Origin: Candidatus Pacearchaeota archaeon
GTDB taxonomy: Archaea > Nanobdellota > Nanobdellia > Pacearchaeales > GW2011-AR1
DNA: 64,000 nucleotides
Assembly: GCA_017609405.1 (NCBI GenBank)
Contig: JAFCDZ010000001.1
Location: 24,880-88,879, forward strand
Reading direction: 5' to 3'
Of the stretch, positions 1-10,539 are shown piece by piece. The notes beneath the pieces were generated by a model. The model searched no databases, was not told the DNA's origin, and worked only from the letters and a program-made list of their open reading frames with translations. Position numbers and translations under genes: made by a program. Every line of letters begins with the position of its first letter. Positions within the stretch are counted from its first letter, which is position 1.

Positions 1-2073
1 TATTGAATAAACAAAGATAGTTTCATTTGATGTTTCTCTTGTTTGCCTATCGTCAATAACCCCAACAGGAATCATAGAAATCCTATCCCAAGAATCATTG
101 CTACCTATTCTTGAATAAGCACCATATTTTCCAAGGTCTGTTGAATCTATAAGCAAATAAGATACATTCCAAGTTTTCATGTAACTATATGCTGTCTTAG
201 GATTTGGAGTAGTTAAAACATATCTACCAATTCTATGGTCTGCACCAATTCCTCCAGAATGCCCTCCATCAGTAACTGTGGGTCTCTCACCCAGAGTCTG
301 AATCCAGTAACCATAATCCCACCAGTGAACAAAAATAGAATTTTCTGGAGTATTTTCACGAACCCATTTCATTGCATACTGCCACTGAAGGTCAGCACTT
401 GGTCCAGTTAATTTAGCATTATTAGAGACAACTTCATATTGGTGATATATTTCAATACCTGCACTGAATAAAGCAATAGCAAAAGCAATAAAAAGCATTG
501 CTCTAAAAAACTCGTCCTTATTCTTAGAAGCAAATTCAAATAACTTAACAATAGAATATCCTGCAAAGAGTGTAATAAAAGGCGCGATTAAAAAGAAGGT
601 TCTAACAGCAGAGCGACCATTAATTAAGACAAAAAAACCAATAGACAACAAAATTATTGATTCGTTTTCAACAAGCCGATTATTTTTCATAAACAACCAA
701 AGGAAATAACCAAAGAATAAAACAAGGCCAGAAAGATAAAACATTTGGCTTATAAAAGATTCTCCGTTTAGTATCTGAGAGTTACTCGAAATTCTACTAA
801 ACAAAATACTTGCAACAAGATATGTCCATGATAAAAACAAGTAAATTCTCTCATCTTTCTTCAGTTTTTTTGAAAAAACAACTATCAAACAAATAAGACC
901 TATTACAAAAAGCCAAAAAGTATTCTGACCAAATTGCCCTATCAAATCTCTTAGATAAGGTTGGGCATTCTCTGCAACAGTAATGCCGAGCCTACCAATA
1001 CCAAAAGGATACAACAATCTGAACCAAATATCTTGAAGAATAGAAAATGGATTTCTCCCAATCAAGAATAAACCAAAAAAACCTAAAATAAAAGTTATAA
1101 TTAAAGAATAAAGTTTCCTAAAATCATAATTAATTCTTTCATATTTTGTCTTGATTAACTCAAGAGAGTAATCAATAATCATAAATATAAGAGTAAAAGG
1201 AACCAGAAGACCATAAGAACCAGTCATTCTCCCAAAAAAATCTAAAAAAGAAAACCCAAAAGGAAAAACAGAAAAAAACAATGATGAAAAAATCCAAATT
1301 GAGAAAAAAAGAATTTCTTTTTGCTTATCTTTAGAATTTATAAAATAAAACAGAAAAAAAGCAAAAGGAACTATCATTAAAACAAAAGTTAATGCACCCC
1401 CCCAACTTGCTAAAACAAAAGCTGTAGAAAATCCCAACAAAAGAGAATATATAATTGTATGTTTAAAAGATTTTTCAAAATTGTTGTTCTTTAAAGCAAG
1501 AGTAAAAACCAAAAATACAATAAATACCGAGAAGATACCTATAGCCTCATGGTCTGCAAAACCAGCCATTGTCCTATAGAGATATGCAGGAGAATAAGCT
1601 AAAAAAGATGAAGAAATTAAAGCTACAATTTCGCTTTTTGTCAAAAACCAGACTAAAAAGAAAAAAGCAAGAATTCCTAAAACATAAAAAATAACTGGAT
1701 AAATTACATCGATGTATTCAAGAGTAATTGACGAATTAAAAAGTGAACACCCTTTCCATATCCAAGCAATAACCCATGAAAGGATTTCCTTATGCCAAGA
1801 GATATGTAATTGTGGAGACCTCAAGGAATCATAAGCGGGAAGATTCCCCTTAGTCTGAACAATTGTCTCAGACATTCTAAGAAAATAAAAAGGATCCAAA
1901 GCAAGAGGTATATGCTTTCCAGTTGTTTTATCTATCAAAAGAGATATGTTTGAAGAACGAATAATACTACTAGAAATTATCACAAATAAAAGAAGAAGGA
2001 ATATAATTGAATAATAAATTTTCTTATTTTCATAAATTGTTTTAAAAAAATTAATAATCTCTTTTTTAGCCAT
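1..2073 (-). CDS. aglB: Oligosaccharyltransferase AglB/STT3; the protein continues past the window start, so its C-terminal part is missing
   Basis: Minus-strand ORF starting ATG at 2073-2071. Multi-pass hydrophobic N-terminal region, then the STT3/AglB hallmark WWDYGYW (coding 301-330), then a soluble domain. Not in the ORF track because there is no stop inside the window. Confidence 0.8.
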   Translation of the reverse strand, partial: MAKKEIINFFKTIYENKKIYYSIIFLLLLFVIISSSIIRSSNISLLIDKTTGKHIPLALDPFYFLRMSETIVQTKGNLPAYDSLRSPQLHISWHKEILSWVIAWIWKGCSLFNSSITLEYIDVIYPVIFYVLGILAFFFLVWFLTKSEIVALISSSFLAYSPAYLYRTMAGFADHEAIGIFSVFIVFLVFTLALKNNNFEKSFKHTIIYSLLLGFSTAFVLASWGGALTFVLMIVPFAFFLFYFINSKDKQKEILFFSIWIFSSLFFSVFPFGFSFLDFFGRMTGSYGLLVPFTLIFMIIDYSLELIKTKYERINYDFRKLYSLIITFILGFFGLFLIGRNPFSILQDIWFRLLYPFGIGRLGITVAENAQPYLRDLIGQFGQNTFWLFVIGLICLIVVFSKKLKKDERIYLFLSWTYLVASILFSRISSNSQILNGESFISQMFYLSGLVLFFGYFLWLFMKNNRLVENESIILLSIGFFVLINGRSAVRTFFLIAPFITLFAGYSIVKLFEFASKNKDEFFRAMLFIAFAIALFSAGIEIYHQYEVVSNNAKLTGPSADLQWQYAMKWVRENTPENSIFVHWWDYGYWIQTLGERPTVTDGGHSGGIGADHRIGRYVLTTPNPKTAYSYMKTWNVSYLLIDSTDLGKYGAYSRIGSNDSWDRISMIPVGVIDDRQTRETSNETIFVYSI

Positions 2074-2091
2074 TTTATTTACAAGAAAAAT

Positions 2092-3219
2092 CTATTTAAA
2101 ATGTTTTCCATGACCATTAATAGCCTCAAGATAAATTTTATATAATTTCTGATTTCGCTTTTCAATTGAAAATTTTTTGATCGCAAGCTCTCGGGAAGCC
2201 TTTGACATCTTCCTCCTTAAATTTTTATCTTTAATTAATAACTCTGTCTTTTTGCATAACTCATTAATAAAAGATTCGCTCATGTCAGCATATCCCTTCC
2301 AGTTAGAAGGTAATTTTACAAGAAAACCATTTTTGCCATCTTCAACAAGTTCTGATTTAGCAAAAGTTTTTGTAGATACAATTGGAAGACCAAACATCAT
2401 TGCTTCTGGAACCGCAAAACCATACGAATCACCAAAACCTGGATAAAAGAAAATATCTACAGCTGGATAGATTTTTTTAAATAAAATTTCTTGAGGAACA
2501 AGGTCCATAATTTTTATTTGTTTATTCTTTTCGTATCTCTCTCTAAATTCTTTTGGTGTTGGACAGATAAACCAAAACTCTGTTTTTGGATACTTTCTTG
2601 ACAACCTATCAAAAACTTCTAAGGTTTGTCTCCCGCCCTTTGCATCAAACCATCTTGCAACAAAAAGGACCCTTACATTCTTATGAGGAATTCGCTTAAA
2701 ATTAATCTTAGGAAGGGCAAAATGAAGAACTTCTATTTTACTCAAAATTTTTTTATTACCTGGAAAAGCTTCTTCAAAAGTTTTCTTACAATCATCAGAC
2801 CAAGCAATTATTTTTTTACAATAATCGCTCTCCAAACTTTTTTTTATTATCCATTTCCCAAGTTTAGAATAAGCAATCTTTCCTGTAGAAGCAACCCTAT
2901 CATATACTTCAGTATCCACAATCCAAGGTTTTTTATTCAAAGATAAACAATGAGCACAATGTATCAAATCAAAATCATTGCGTAAAGTAAATGTAATATT
3001 TGGCAGAGATAAAAATTCCAAAAACTTTCTTAATAAATTCTTAATTTTTTGCATAACCAAAAATTTTTTAGAAGAACCAATAACATTAAATTTATTTTCT
3101 TTTTTAGTATAATTAACAAAAGCCACACCCTTTGGAGGATAATCTAAAATATTTTTATAATAAGAGCTATCGGGAAACTTCCAAGGATATTGAAAATAAA
3201 TATCAATCTTTTTTGACAT
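2092..3219 (-). CDS. Glycosyltransferase family 4 (GT-B)
   Basis: C-terminal motif EAMMFGLPIVSTKTFAKSELVEDGKNGFLV, typical of GT1/GT4 (E-x7-E region). 375 aa. Confidence 0.75.
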   Translation of the reverse strand: MSKKIDIYFQYPWKFPDSSYYKNILDYPPKGVAFVNYTKKENKFNVIGSSKKFLVMQKIKNLLRKFLEFLSLPNITFTLRNDFDLIHCAHCLSLNKKPWIVDTEVYDRVASTGKIAYSKLGKWIIKKSLESDYCKKIIAWSDDCKKTFEEAFPGNKKILSKIEVLHFALPKINFKRIPHKNVRVLFVARWFDAKGGRQTLEVFDRLSRKYPKTEFWFICPTPKEFRERYEKNKQIKIMDLVPQEILFKKIYPAVDIFFYPGFGDSYGFAVPEAMMFGLPIVSTKTFAKSELVEDGKNGFLVKLPSNWKGYADMSESFINELCKKTELLIKDKNLRRKMSKASRELAIKKFSIEKRNQKLYKIYLEAINGHGKHFK

Positions 3220-3252
3220 AACCTTTAAATAAAGATTGAATTAATAAAAGTT

Positions 3253-4443
3253 ATGGAAAAACCAATAGACATTATTTATGTTGTCGCATCTAAATTAGGA
3301 AGCATCGGAATGGGAACAACAGCGCTTAACGCTATTAAATCGCTTAATAATTCTAAAGAAATATCATATAGAATCTTTTGTAGAGGATATGATAAAAGTA
3401 TAAAGATTGATAAAAAAAATATATACTCTTATGGTTTTCTTGAAATTTTATCGCTTCCGCTAAGATTCCTCGAAAAAAAAATAGGTATTAACATTAAACC
3501 ATTTAAATATATAAATTGGATATATGGAAAATTAGTAGAAAAGGAACTTCCAAAATGTAAAATATATCACACTTGGATGAATGTTTCAAAAAACGCTGTA
3601 ATCAAAGCAAAAAAACAAGGAGCAACACTGATATTAGAAGGGGCAAATAGTCATCCAAAAAATTTCTTAAAGATTATGGAAGAAGAATATAATTTACTTG
3701 GAAAAAAGAGGTTTATTCCCAAAAAAAAAGAGATACTAAAAGAATCGAGGATAATCGAGCTTTTTGATTATGTAATGTGCCCATCAAAATTTGTTTATAA
3801 TTCTTTTTTAAAATATGGAAAGAAATCAAAGAAACAATTAATACTAATACCTTATGGAGTAGATTACAAAAAATTTTCAGGGCAAAGAAAAAAGAAGGGT
3901 AAAAAATTTAGAGTAATCTTCATTGGAAGCCTTCAAGTAAGGAAAGGTGTTCATTATTTATTAAAAGCATGGAAAGAATTAAATCTTATGAATTCTGAAC
4001 TAATCTTAGTAGGACGTATTTGGCCAGATATAGAAGATATAATTAAAAAATACAAAAAAGATAAAACAATTAGATTCGTTGGCTTTAATCCTAATCCATC
4101 AAAATACCTAAAAAATGCTAACGTCTTTGTTTCACCATCACTCGAGGAGGGTTCGGCACTAACATGTTATGAAGCGATGGCGGCGGGTTTGCCGGTTATT
4201 GCAACGGTCAATAGCGGATCAATTATACGTAATAAAAAGGAGGGGTTTATAATACCCATAAGAGATGTAGAAGCAATAAAAGAAAAAATAAAGTATTTTC
4301 ATGATAATCCAAAAATTTGTGAAAAAATGGGAAGAGCTGCAAGGAAAAGGGTAAAAAAGTTTAGTTGGGAAAATTATTCAAAAAGGTTATTAAAAGTATA
4401 TAAAAAAATTTTAAGAGAAAAAAATGAAAAAAACAAAAGATAA
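3253..4443 (+). CDS. Glycosyltransferase family 4
   Basis: LEEGSALTCYEAMAAGLPVIATVNSGS...KEGFII, a GT4 C-terminal signature. 396 aa. Confidence 0.75.
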   Translation: MEKPIDIIYVVASKLGSIGMGTTALNAIKSLNNSKEISYRIFCRGYDKSIKIDKKNIYSYGFLEILSLPLRFLEKKIGINIKPFKYINWIYGKLVEKELPKCKIYHTWMNVSKNAVIKAKKQGATLILEGANSHPKNFLKIMEEEYNLLGKKRFIPKKKEILKESRIIELFDYVMCPSKFVYNSFLKYGKKSKKQLILIPYGVDYKKFSGQRKKKGKKFRVIFIGSLQVRKGVHYLLKAWKELNLMNSELILVGRIWPDIEDIIKKYKKDKTIRFVGFNPNPSKYLKNANVFVSPSLEEGSALTCYEAMAAGLPVIATVNSGSIIRNKKEGFIIPIRDVEAIKEKIKYFHDNPKICEKMGRAARKRVKKFSWENYSKRLLKVYKKILREKNEKNKR

Positions 4444-5449
4444 AGAAAAAGAGATACAAAAGAATAAGAGGGTAGTAGTTAAATTTCCTAAGAATTTTCT
4501 TAAAAAGATAAAAAACAAACAAAAAAGTATTATTTATGACTGCTTCACTTTCTTCAATGAGCTTGATTTATTAGAAATAAGATTTGGTGAATTAGATAAA
4601 GTTGTAGATTACTTTGTTTTAGCAGAAGCAAATAGTACCTTTAGCGGAAAACCAAAAGAATTCCTTTTTGAAAAAAACAAAGAACGATACAAGAAATACT
4701 TTGATAAAATTATTTATGTAAAAATTATCAAAATGCCAAGAATAAATATAATTGATAAGTTTTTTATAGAATTAGAAAAAAAACTTCCAAGAAGATTCCA
4801 ATTAATCTTGAGGAGAGTTCTTGCAAGAATAATTGGGGGGGTAGCAAGATATAAGATGATAGAGTATCAAAGAAGGATGCTTATAGAAGGGTTAGCCTAC
4901 GCTTCAGATGAAGACATTATAATGGGTACAGATGTTGATGAGATACCTAAAAGTGAAAAAATAGAAGAAATGAAAAAAATGCTTGAAAAATACCGTTATG
5001 TTGAATTTGAATTAGCAAATTTCAGATATTATCTTAATGGAAAAGTTTATGGAAAAGGAGAAAACTCTCCTGGAACACGAGCATGCAAAATAAAAACACT
5101 TAGAAAAGAATTAAAAAACAAAATAGATTTTCTAAGAACAACACCCTATCTATGGAGAAAGATAAATCCAAGAGTTTATGGAAAGAAAAATTACTATACT
5201 ATAAAAAAAGGGGGTTGGCACTTTAGTTACTTAGGAGGTGTAAAAAAAGTTATAGAAAAATACAAAAATGTTTCACACCCAGAATTTGATCGTCCTGAAT
5301 TAAAGAATGAAAAATTCGTAAAAGAGATTATTGAAAAAGGGATTATTCCATTAGAAAATTCAAAAATAAGATATATAAAAATAGATGAAACATTTCCAAA
5401 AATAATAAAAAAAAATCTTAAAAAGTATAGTAAATATATAAAAAGATGA
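4424..5449 (+). CDS. Glycosyltransferase family 17-like (GnT-III-type fold)
   Basis: N-terminal YDCFTFFNELDLLEIRFGELDKVVDYFVLAEANSTFSGKPKEF and a later GGWHFSY motif, as I recall for the Glyco_transf_17 family. Start overlaps the previous gene. Confidence 0.55.
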   Translation: MKKTKDKEKEIQKNKRVVVKFPKNFLKKIKNKQKSIIYDCFTFFNELDLLEIRFGELDKVVDYFVLAEANSTFSGKPKEFLFEKNKERYKKYFDKIIYVKIIKMPRINIIDKFFIELEKKLPRRFQLILRRVLARIIGGVARYKMIEYQRRMLIEGLAYASDEDIIMGTDVDEIPKSEKIEEMKKMLEKYRYVEFELANFRYYLNGKVYGKGENSPGTRACKIKTLRKELKNKIDFLRTTPYLWRKINPRVYGKKNYYTIKKGGWHFSYLGGVKKVIEKYKNVSHPEFDRPELKNEKFVKEIIEKGIIPLENSKIRYIKIDETFPKIIKKNLKKYSKYIKR

Positions 5450-6093
5450 TAAAAAACTCAAAACTACTTGAAGAATTAAAATACTTAAAAAATAAGATAA
5501 TTCCTCCGAAGTCCTTGGGAAATCTATGTGGAAAAAATGCTATATATATAACTCTTCCAAAATGTGCTAATACAACAATAAAAAAAGAGATCAGAAAAAT
5601 AACTTGGGGTGATCCAAGACTAACAAAAAAACAATTAAAAAGAATATCTCAAGGAAAATTTATATTTACTTTTGTTCGAAATCCATATGATAGATTTTTA
5701 TCCCTTTATTTAGATAAGGTAAAAAATTTTAATAAAGACAATGATTATATAAGAGGGGTTTGCAGAAACATTGTAATTAAAAAAAACATAACCTTTAAAG
5801 AATTTGCTGAATTAGCGTCACTCATTCCAGATGAATGTGCAGACCCTCATTTTAAATCTATGACGGAGCTAATAAAAGAAAGCGGTCTAAAACCCTCTTT
5901 TATAGGAAAAATAGAAAATTTTGAGAACGATTGGAATATTCTTTGTAAAATACTTGGAATAAAAAATGAAGGATTAGGAATGGAAAACAAAACAAAACAC
6001 AAACCCTGGCAGGAATATTATACTCCTGAATTGAAAGAAAAGGTGTATCAAAGATATAAAGAAGATTTCATTAATTTTGGATATAAAAAATGA
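5446..6093 (+). CDS. Sulfotransferase-like protein (carbohydrate sulfotransferase fold)
   Basis: Putative 5'-PSB-like element ITLPKCANTTIKKEI and 3'-PB-like element FVRNPYDRFLSLY (R-x-P-x-x-R-x-x-S-x-Y). ATGA start/stop overlap with the upstream GT17 gene. Confidence 0.5.
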   Translation: MIKNSKLLEELKYLKNKIIPPKSLGNLCGKNAIYITLPKCANTTIKKEIRKITWGDPRLTKKQLKRISQGKFIFTFVRNPYDRFLSLYLDKVKNFNKDNDYIRGVCRNIVIKKNITFKEFAELASLIPDECADPHFKSMTELIKESGLKPSFIGKIENFENDWNILCKILGIKNEGLGMENKTKHKPWQEYYTPELKEKVYQRYKEDFINFGYKK

Positions 6094-6662
6094 CCCCTCA
6101 AAAAGATTACATAAATCAGCCACTAATAAGGGAAGAAAATTTTAAACGTGAACAATATATTATTTCAATAAAATTTATCAAAAAAGAGAAAATAGAGCTT
6201 ACAGAAAGAAGACTTCTCGATTTTGGTTGTGGAAATGGAGAATTTTCAGAGTATCTCAGCTCAAAAGGAGCAATAGTTGACTGTTATGAGCCAAATAAAA
6301 ACTCTCGCAAAATTTTAAGAAAAAAAGGCTTAAAAGTTATAAAAAATCTTAAAAAGAATAATTATGATGGGGTATTCTCATTGGAAGTTATAGAGCACCT
6401 TATTGATCCAAAAAAAATGATTATTAAAATACATAACACTCTTAAAAAAGGGGGGTTCATTTTTATAACAACACCAAATCATTTATATTGGAAATTAAGA
6501 ATTAAATGTTTGCTTGGTGATATAAAAGCTTTTGAATATCCTAATAAACATTTTTCATTTTTTACAAAGAAATCTCTCAAAAAATTGATGGAAAAGTATT
6601 TCAAAACAATAAAAATAGAGAATATTGGAAGCAAGATAGTTTATTATGGAAAAAAGGAATAA
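6090..6662 (+). CDS. Class I SAM-dependent methyltransferase
   Basis: Motif I LDFGCGNGEFSEYL. 190 aa. Overlaps the previous gene (ATGA). Confidence 0.7.
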   Translation: MTPQKDYINQPLIREENFKREQYIISIKFIKKEKIELTERRLLDFGCGNGEFSEYLSSKGAIVDCYEPNKNSRKILRKKGLKVIKNLKKNNYDGVFSLEVIEHLIDPKKMIIKIHNTLKKGGFIFITTPNHLYWKLRIKCLLGDIKAFEYPNKHFSFFTKKSLKKLMEKYFKTIKIENIGSKIVYYGKKE

Positions 6663-6740
6663 CAAAAGACACCAAGTTAAAATTTATTAAATATACAAAA
6701 GGAAAAATCTTTTAATAAACATTATTTCAATGAGTAAAAA

Positions 6741-7658
6741 ATGAAAGAACAAAAAAAATTCAAACTCACAACACCTGTACTTTTCATAGTCTTTAATCGT
6801 CCTGATACAACAAGAAGAGTTTTTTCTGAAATAAAAAAGGCAAAACCCCCCAGGCTTTATATAGCAGCTGATGGGCCAAGAACTCAAGAGGAGAAGAAAA
6901 AAACAGATGCTGTTAGAGATTATATATTAAAAAATATTGATTGGAAATGCAAGGTAAAAACCCTTTTTAGAGACAAAAATCTTGGATGTAAATATGCAGT
7001 TTCTTCTGCAATTGATTGGTTTTTTGAAAATGAAGAAACAGGTATTATATTAGAAGATGATTGTGTCCCAAGTCAAAGCTTTTTTAGATTCTGCCAAGAA
7101 ATGTTAGAAAAATACAAGAACAATGAAAAAATAATGCATATTTCTGGAACAAATGTTGAAGAGGTTTCTCCAATTAAAGAAGATTATTTCTTTGCGGATG
7201 CTTTTAATGTATGGGGGTGGGCAACGTGGAGAAGAGCATGGAAACATTATGATGTCGAAATGAAAGATTGGCCAAAGTGGAGAATTAAAAGTCTCAGATT
7301 CATGAAAAAACACCCTTTATTAGATAAGATTAAAGGTATATACCTTTATGAATTAACATATCAAAAAAAAATTAATACATGGGACTATCAATGGGGATTT
7401 ACATGTCAAAAAAGAAAAGGGCTTGCAATAATTCCAACAAAGAACCTAATCACAAATATAGGTCTTGAAAGAGGAACACACACGAAAGAGGATAAAAATA
7501 GAGAATTAAAAAGATATGAAATAAAAAAAGGATTCAGGGTAGGGGGAAAATTTAATGGATATTATTTAAAAAAGTATCTAAAATTTTTCAAAAAAAAAGA
7601 AAAAATAATAAAAATACTTTTTGCTAAAATAAAAAATATAAAGAAAGTTTTAAAATGA
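6741..7658 (+). CDS. Putative GT-A glycosyltransferase resembling the GT13 (GnT-I / HlpA-like) family
   Basis: TPVLFIVFNRPDTTRRVFSEIKKAKPPRLYIAADGPRTQEE resembles the N-terminal catalytic block of GnT-I-type enzymes (LVIACDR...SQDCGHEE pattern), from memory. Confidence 0.4.
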   Translation: MKEQKKFKLTTPVLFIVFNRPDTTRRVFSEIKKAKPPRLYIAADGPRTQEEKKKTDAVRDYILKNIDWKCKVKTLFRDKNLGCKYAVSSAIDWFFENEETGIILEDDCVPSQSFFRFCQEMLEKYKNNEKIMHISGTNVEEVSPIKEDYFFADAFNVWGWATWRRAWKHYDVEMKDWPKWRIKSLRFMKKHPLLDKIKGIYLYELTYQKKINTWDYQWGFTCQKRKGLAIIPTKNLITNIGLERGTHTKEDKNRELKRYEIKKGFRVGGKFNGYYLKKYLKFFKKKEKIIKILFAKIKNIKKVLK

Positions 7659-8710
7659 AGGATATAAAAATATTTGTAGGGTTCGCATATAAAAAAACAA
7701 AGGACCCTTATCTTTTACAACTATATGAGAACTTAAAAAAAGAGAATATAAGGATATTTGATTTCAAAGAACCTTTAAAAATCTTCTCTGTAGATATAAT
7801 ACATCTCCACTGGATTGAATACTATATAGTATCTAAAAGCAAAATTAAAACATTCCTTAAGATTAGTTTTTTTATTTATTTATTCTTATTAATTAAATTT
7901 ATTTTAAGAAAAAAAATAATTATTTCTCTCCATAACATCCAATCGCATGAGGAGTATCATCCAAAAATTGAAAAAATAGGATTCAGAATATATTTAAAAT
8001 ATATAGCAGATAGGATAATAGTGTTTAATAATTGGTCAAAAAAAGAATTAATTAGAAGATATAATGTAAGTGAAAAGAAAGTTGCAAAGGTTTTTCCGGA
8101 AACATTTATTGGTTATTATCCAAATAAAGTATCAAAAAGAGAAGCACGAAAAAAATTAAAGATACCTGAAAAAAAGATAGTCGCTCTCCTATTTGGTAGT
8201 CTATGGAAATATAAGGGAATATTGGATGTGATAGATTATTTTAAAAATAATAAAATAAAAAATTTTATACTAATAATAGCTGGAAAACCGGAAAATGATA
8301 TAATAAAGAAAAAATTAGAAAATTTAGCAGAAAAAAACAAAGAGAACATAAAATTAAAATTAGGGTTTATACCCGACGATGAACTACAATATTTATTCAA
8401 TGCTTCAGATATTGGTTTTTTGCCTTACAAGAGAACCACAAACTCTGCTGTTCTTTTTCTATTTGGATCCTTTAAAAGAACTGTATTAGCAAAAAAATTG
8501 CCAGTATTTAAAGAGATTATTGGAAAAGATGCGTTTTACTATGAGAGAATTAGTGAATTAAAGGAGATAATTAAAAATATCAATAAAGAAAAGGCAAAAA
8601 AGATGGGAGAAAGATTTTATAAAAAATTGAAAAAAAATTCTTGGAAAAAAATATCTAAAGAAACAAAAAAAATTTACATATCAACTCTTAAAAACCCCTC
8701 TTATTTTTAA
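7655..8710 (+). CDS. Putative glycosyltransferase (GT-B-like C-terminal domain)
   Basis: IIAGKPEND...LGFIPDDELQYLFNASDIGFLPYKRTTNSAVLFLFGSFKRTVLAKKLPVFKEIIG resembles a GT4 C-terminal domain. ATGA overlap with the upstream gene. Confidence 0.4.
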   Translation: MKDIKIFVGFAYKKTKDPYLLQLYENLKKENIRIFDFKEPLKIFSVDIIHLHWIEYYIVSKSKIKTFLKISFFIYLFLLIKFILRKKIIISLHNIQSHEEYHPKIEKIGFRIYLKYIADRIIVFNNWSKKELIRRYNVSEKKVAKVFPETFIGYYPNKVSKREARKKLKIPEKKIVALLFGSLWKYKGILDVIDYFKNNKIKNFILIIAGKPENDIIKKKLENLAEKNKENIKLKLGFIPDDELQYLFNASDIGFLPYKRTTNSAVLFLFGSFKRTVLAKKLPVFKEIIGKDAFYYERISELKEIIKNINKEKAKKMGERFYKKLKKNSWKKISKETKKIYISTLKNPSYF

Positions 8711-8715
8711 TCACT

Positions 8716-10539
8716 ATGTGCGGAATAAATGGATTTAATTTTGTGAACAAAGAATTAATTAAAAAGATGAACAATTCTATAAAACATAGGGGTCCTGATG
8801 CAGAAGGAGTTTTCTCAAAACAAGGTGTGTCCTTAGGCCATAGAAGGCTTGCAATAATTGACTTAAACAAAAGAGGAAACCAACCAATGATGTATGAACA
8901 TAACAAAAATAAAGCAGTGATAGTATTTAACGGAGAGATATACAATTTCAAAGAGTTAAAAGAAGAATTGAAAAAAAGAGGCTATAAATTCAAAACAAAA
9001 ACAGATACAGAGGTAGTTCTAGCAAGCTATATGGAATGGGGTGAAGAGTGTGTCAAAAGATTTAACGGTATGTGGGCTTTTTGCATCTATAATCCAAAAG
9101 AAAAAATTCTCTTTCTAAGCAGAGATCGGTTAGGACAAAAACCTCTTTATTATTTTTATGACGGTAAAAAATTTATCTTTTCCTCAGAAATAAAAGGAAT
9201 ACTTCAACACAAAATAAAATATAGTTTAGATAAAGAAGGAATAGATCTCTATTTCTCCTTAGGATTCATTCCTGCACCAAAAACAATCTATTCAGAAATT
9301 AATAAACTCGAAGCAGGCCATAATATATTTTTTAACTTAAAAACAAAGGAATTTCAAAAGAAAAGATATTTTTATCCTCCAAGATATTCACCAATAAACA
9401 ACAAAAGATATGTAGTTAAAAAAGGAAAGGAATTATTAAGAGATGCTACAAATATAAGACTTATTGCTGATGTTCCTGTTGGTGCTTTTCTAAGTGGGGG
9501 GGTAGATAGTTCATCAATAGTATCAGAGATAACAAATATCTTAGGAAAAAAGAACTTAACAACATATTCTATGGGTTTTGAAAAAGGGTATGATGAAACA
9601 GAATATATCAAAATAATAACGAAGAATCTTAAAGTAAATAACCATCATAGTTACTTTACAAAAAAAGAATTAAACAACACATTAAAATCAATATTTTATT
9701 ATTTTGATGAGCCCCTCTCTGATCCATCCATGTTCCCAACATTCTTACTTTCAAAATTTGCGCGAAAATCTCTAACAGTAGCTTTAAGCGGAGATGGAGG
9801 GGATGAAATGTTTGGTGGATATCCAAGATATAAGATAGCCGCACAAATAGAAATCCTAAGAAAAATTCCAGTAACTCTAAGAAAATTAAGCTTATTAATA
9901 ATACCCAAAACCAAAATACTTTCAAAAATAAGAGAAGGGCTTAAGTTAAGCCTATTACCAAAAGAAGTGTTATATTCTAAAGCAAGAGAAAATGTCTATA
10001 AACCAAGGTCTTACATAAACTTCGTAGAAGAGAAATTTAAAGAATGTTTAAAGTTATCCAAAGGAAATCTAATAGAAGCAATAAGATTGATGGACATTCT
10101 CTATCTTACATTACCAGACAATTATCTAGCAAAAGTGGATAGAGCATCAATGGCTCATTCATTAGAAGTCAGAAGCCCATTCTTAGATTATCGTTTTTTA
10201 GAATTTGCATCCAAAATACCTACAAAATGGAAAGTGTCAATTTTCAATGAAAAAATTTTACTAAAAGGAATTGTCAAGAATCTAATACCAAAAAAAATAA
10301 TAAAACGAAAAAAACAAGGGTTCACGCCCCCAATTGAAAGATGGTTAATTGAAAAAGAAGGTAAAGAAAAATTAAAAGAAATTTTAAAAAAATTAGAAAA
10401 AAAGAAAATAATTGATGATGCATGGATTGAATTCTATAAAGAAAGGATCATAAAAGAGAAAGACCAAATAAGCAAAACATATAGCATAAGACTCTTTATT
10501 TTCTATAAGTGGTTAGAATATTGGGGAAAATCAAAATAA
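8716..10539 (+). CDS. asnB: Asparagine synthase (glutamine-hydrolysing) / amidotransferase
   Basis: N-terminal MCGI (Ntn Cys) and PP-loop SGGVDSS. 607 aa. Sits inside the glycan cluster, as the WbpS/AsnB-like amidotransferases of polysaccharide loci do. Confidence 0.9.
   Translation: MCGINGFNFVNKELIKKMNNSIKHRGPDAEGVFSKQGVSLGHRRLAIIDLNKRGNQPMMYEHNKNKAVIVFNGEIYNFKELKEELKKRGYKFKTKTDTEVVLASYMEWGEECVKRFNGMWAFCIYNPKEKILFLSRDRLGQKPLYYFYDGKKFIFSSEIKGILQHKIKYSLDKEGIDLYFSLGFIPAPKTIYSEINKLEAGHNIFFNLKTKEFQKKRYFYPPRYSPINNKRYVVKKGKELLRDATNIRLIADVPVGAFLSGGVDSSSIVSEITNILGKKNLTTYSMGFEKGYDETEYIKIITKNLKVNNHHSYFTKKELNNTLKSIFYYFDEPLSDPSMFPTFLLSKFARKSLTVALSGDGGDEMFGGYPRYKIAAQIEILRKIPVTLRKLSLLIIPKTKILSKIREGLKLSLLPKEVLYSKARENVYKPRSYINFVEEKFKECLKLSKGNLIEAIRLMDILYLTLPDNYLAKVDRASMAHSLEVRSPFLDYRFLEFASKIPTKWKVSIFNEKILLKGIVKNLIPKKIIKRKKQGFTPPIERWLIEKEGKEKLKEILKKLEKKKIIDDAWIEFYKERIIKEKDQISKTYSIRLFIFYKWLEYWGKSK

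Noticed and set aside
2177-2946. Two plus-strand ORFs (89 aa and 106 aa) inside the GT4 gene at 2092-3219
   Set aside because: Antisense frames within a gene with clear GT4 motifs. An AT-rich artefact.
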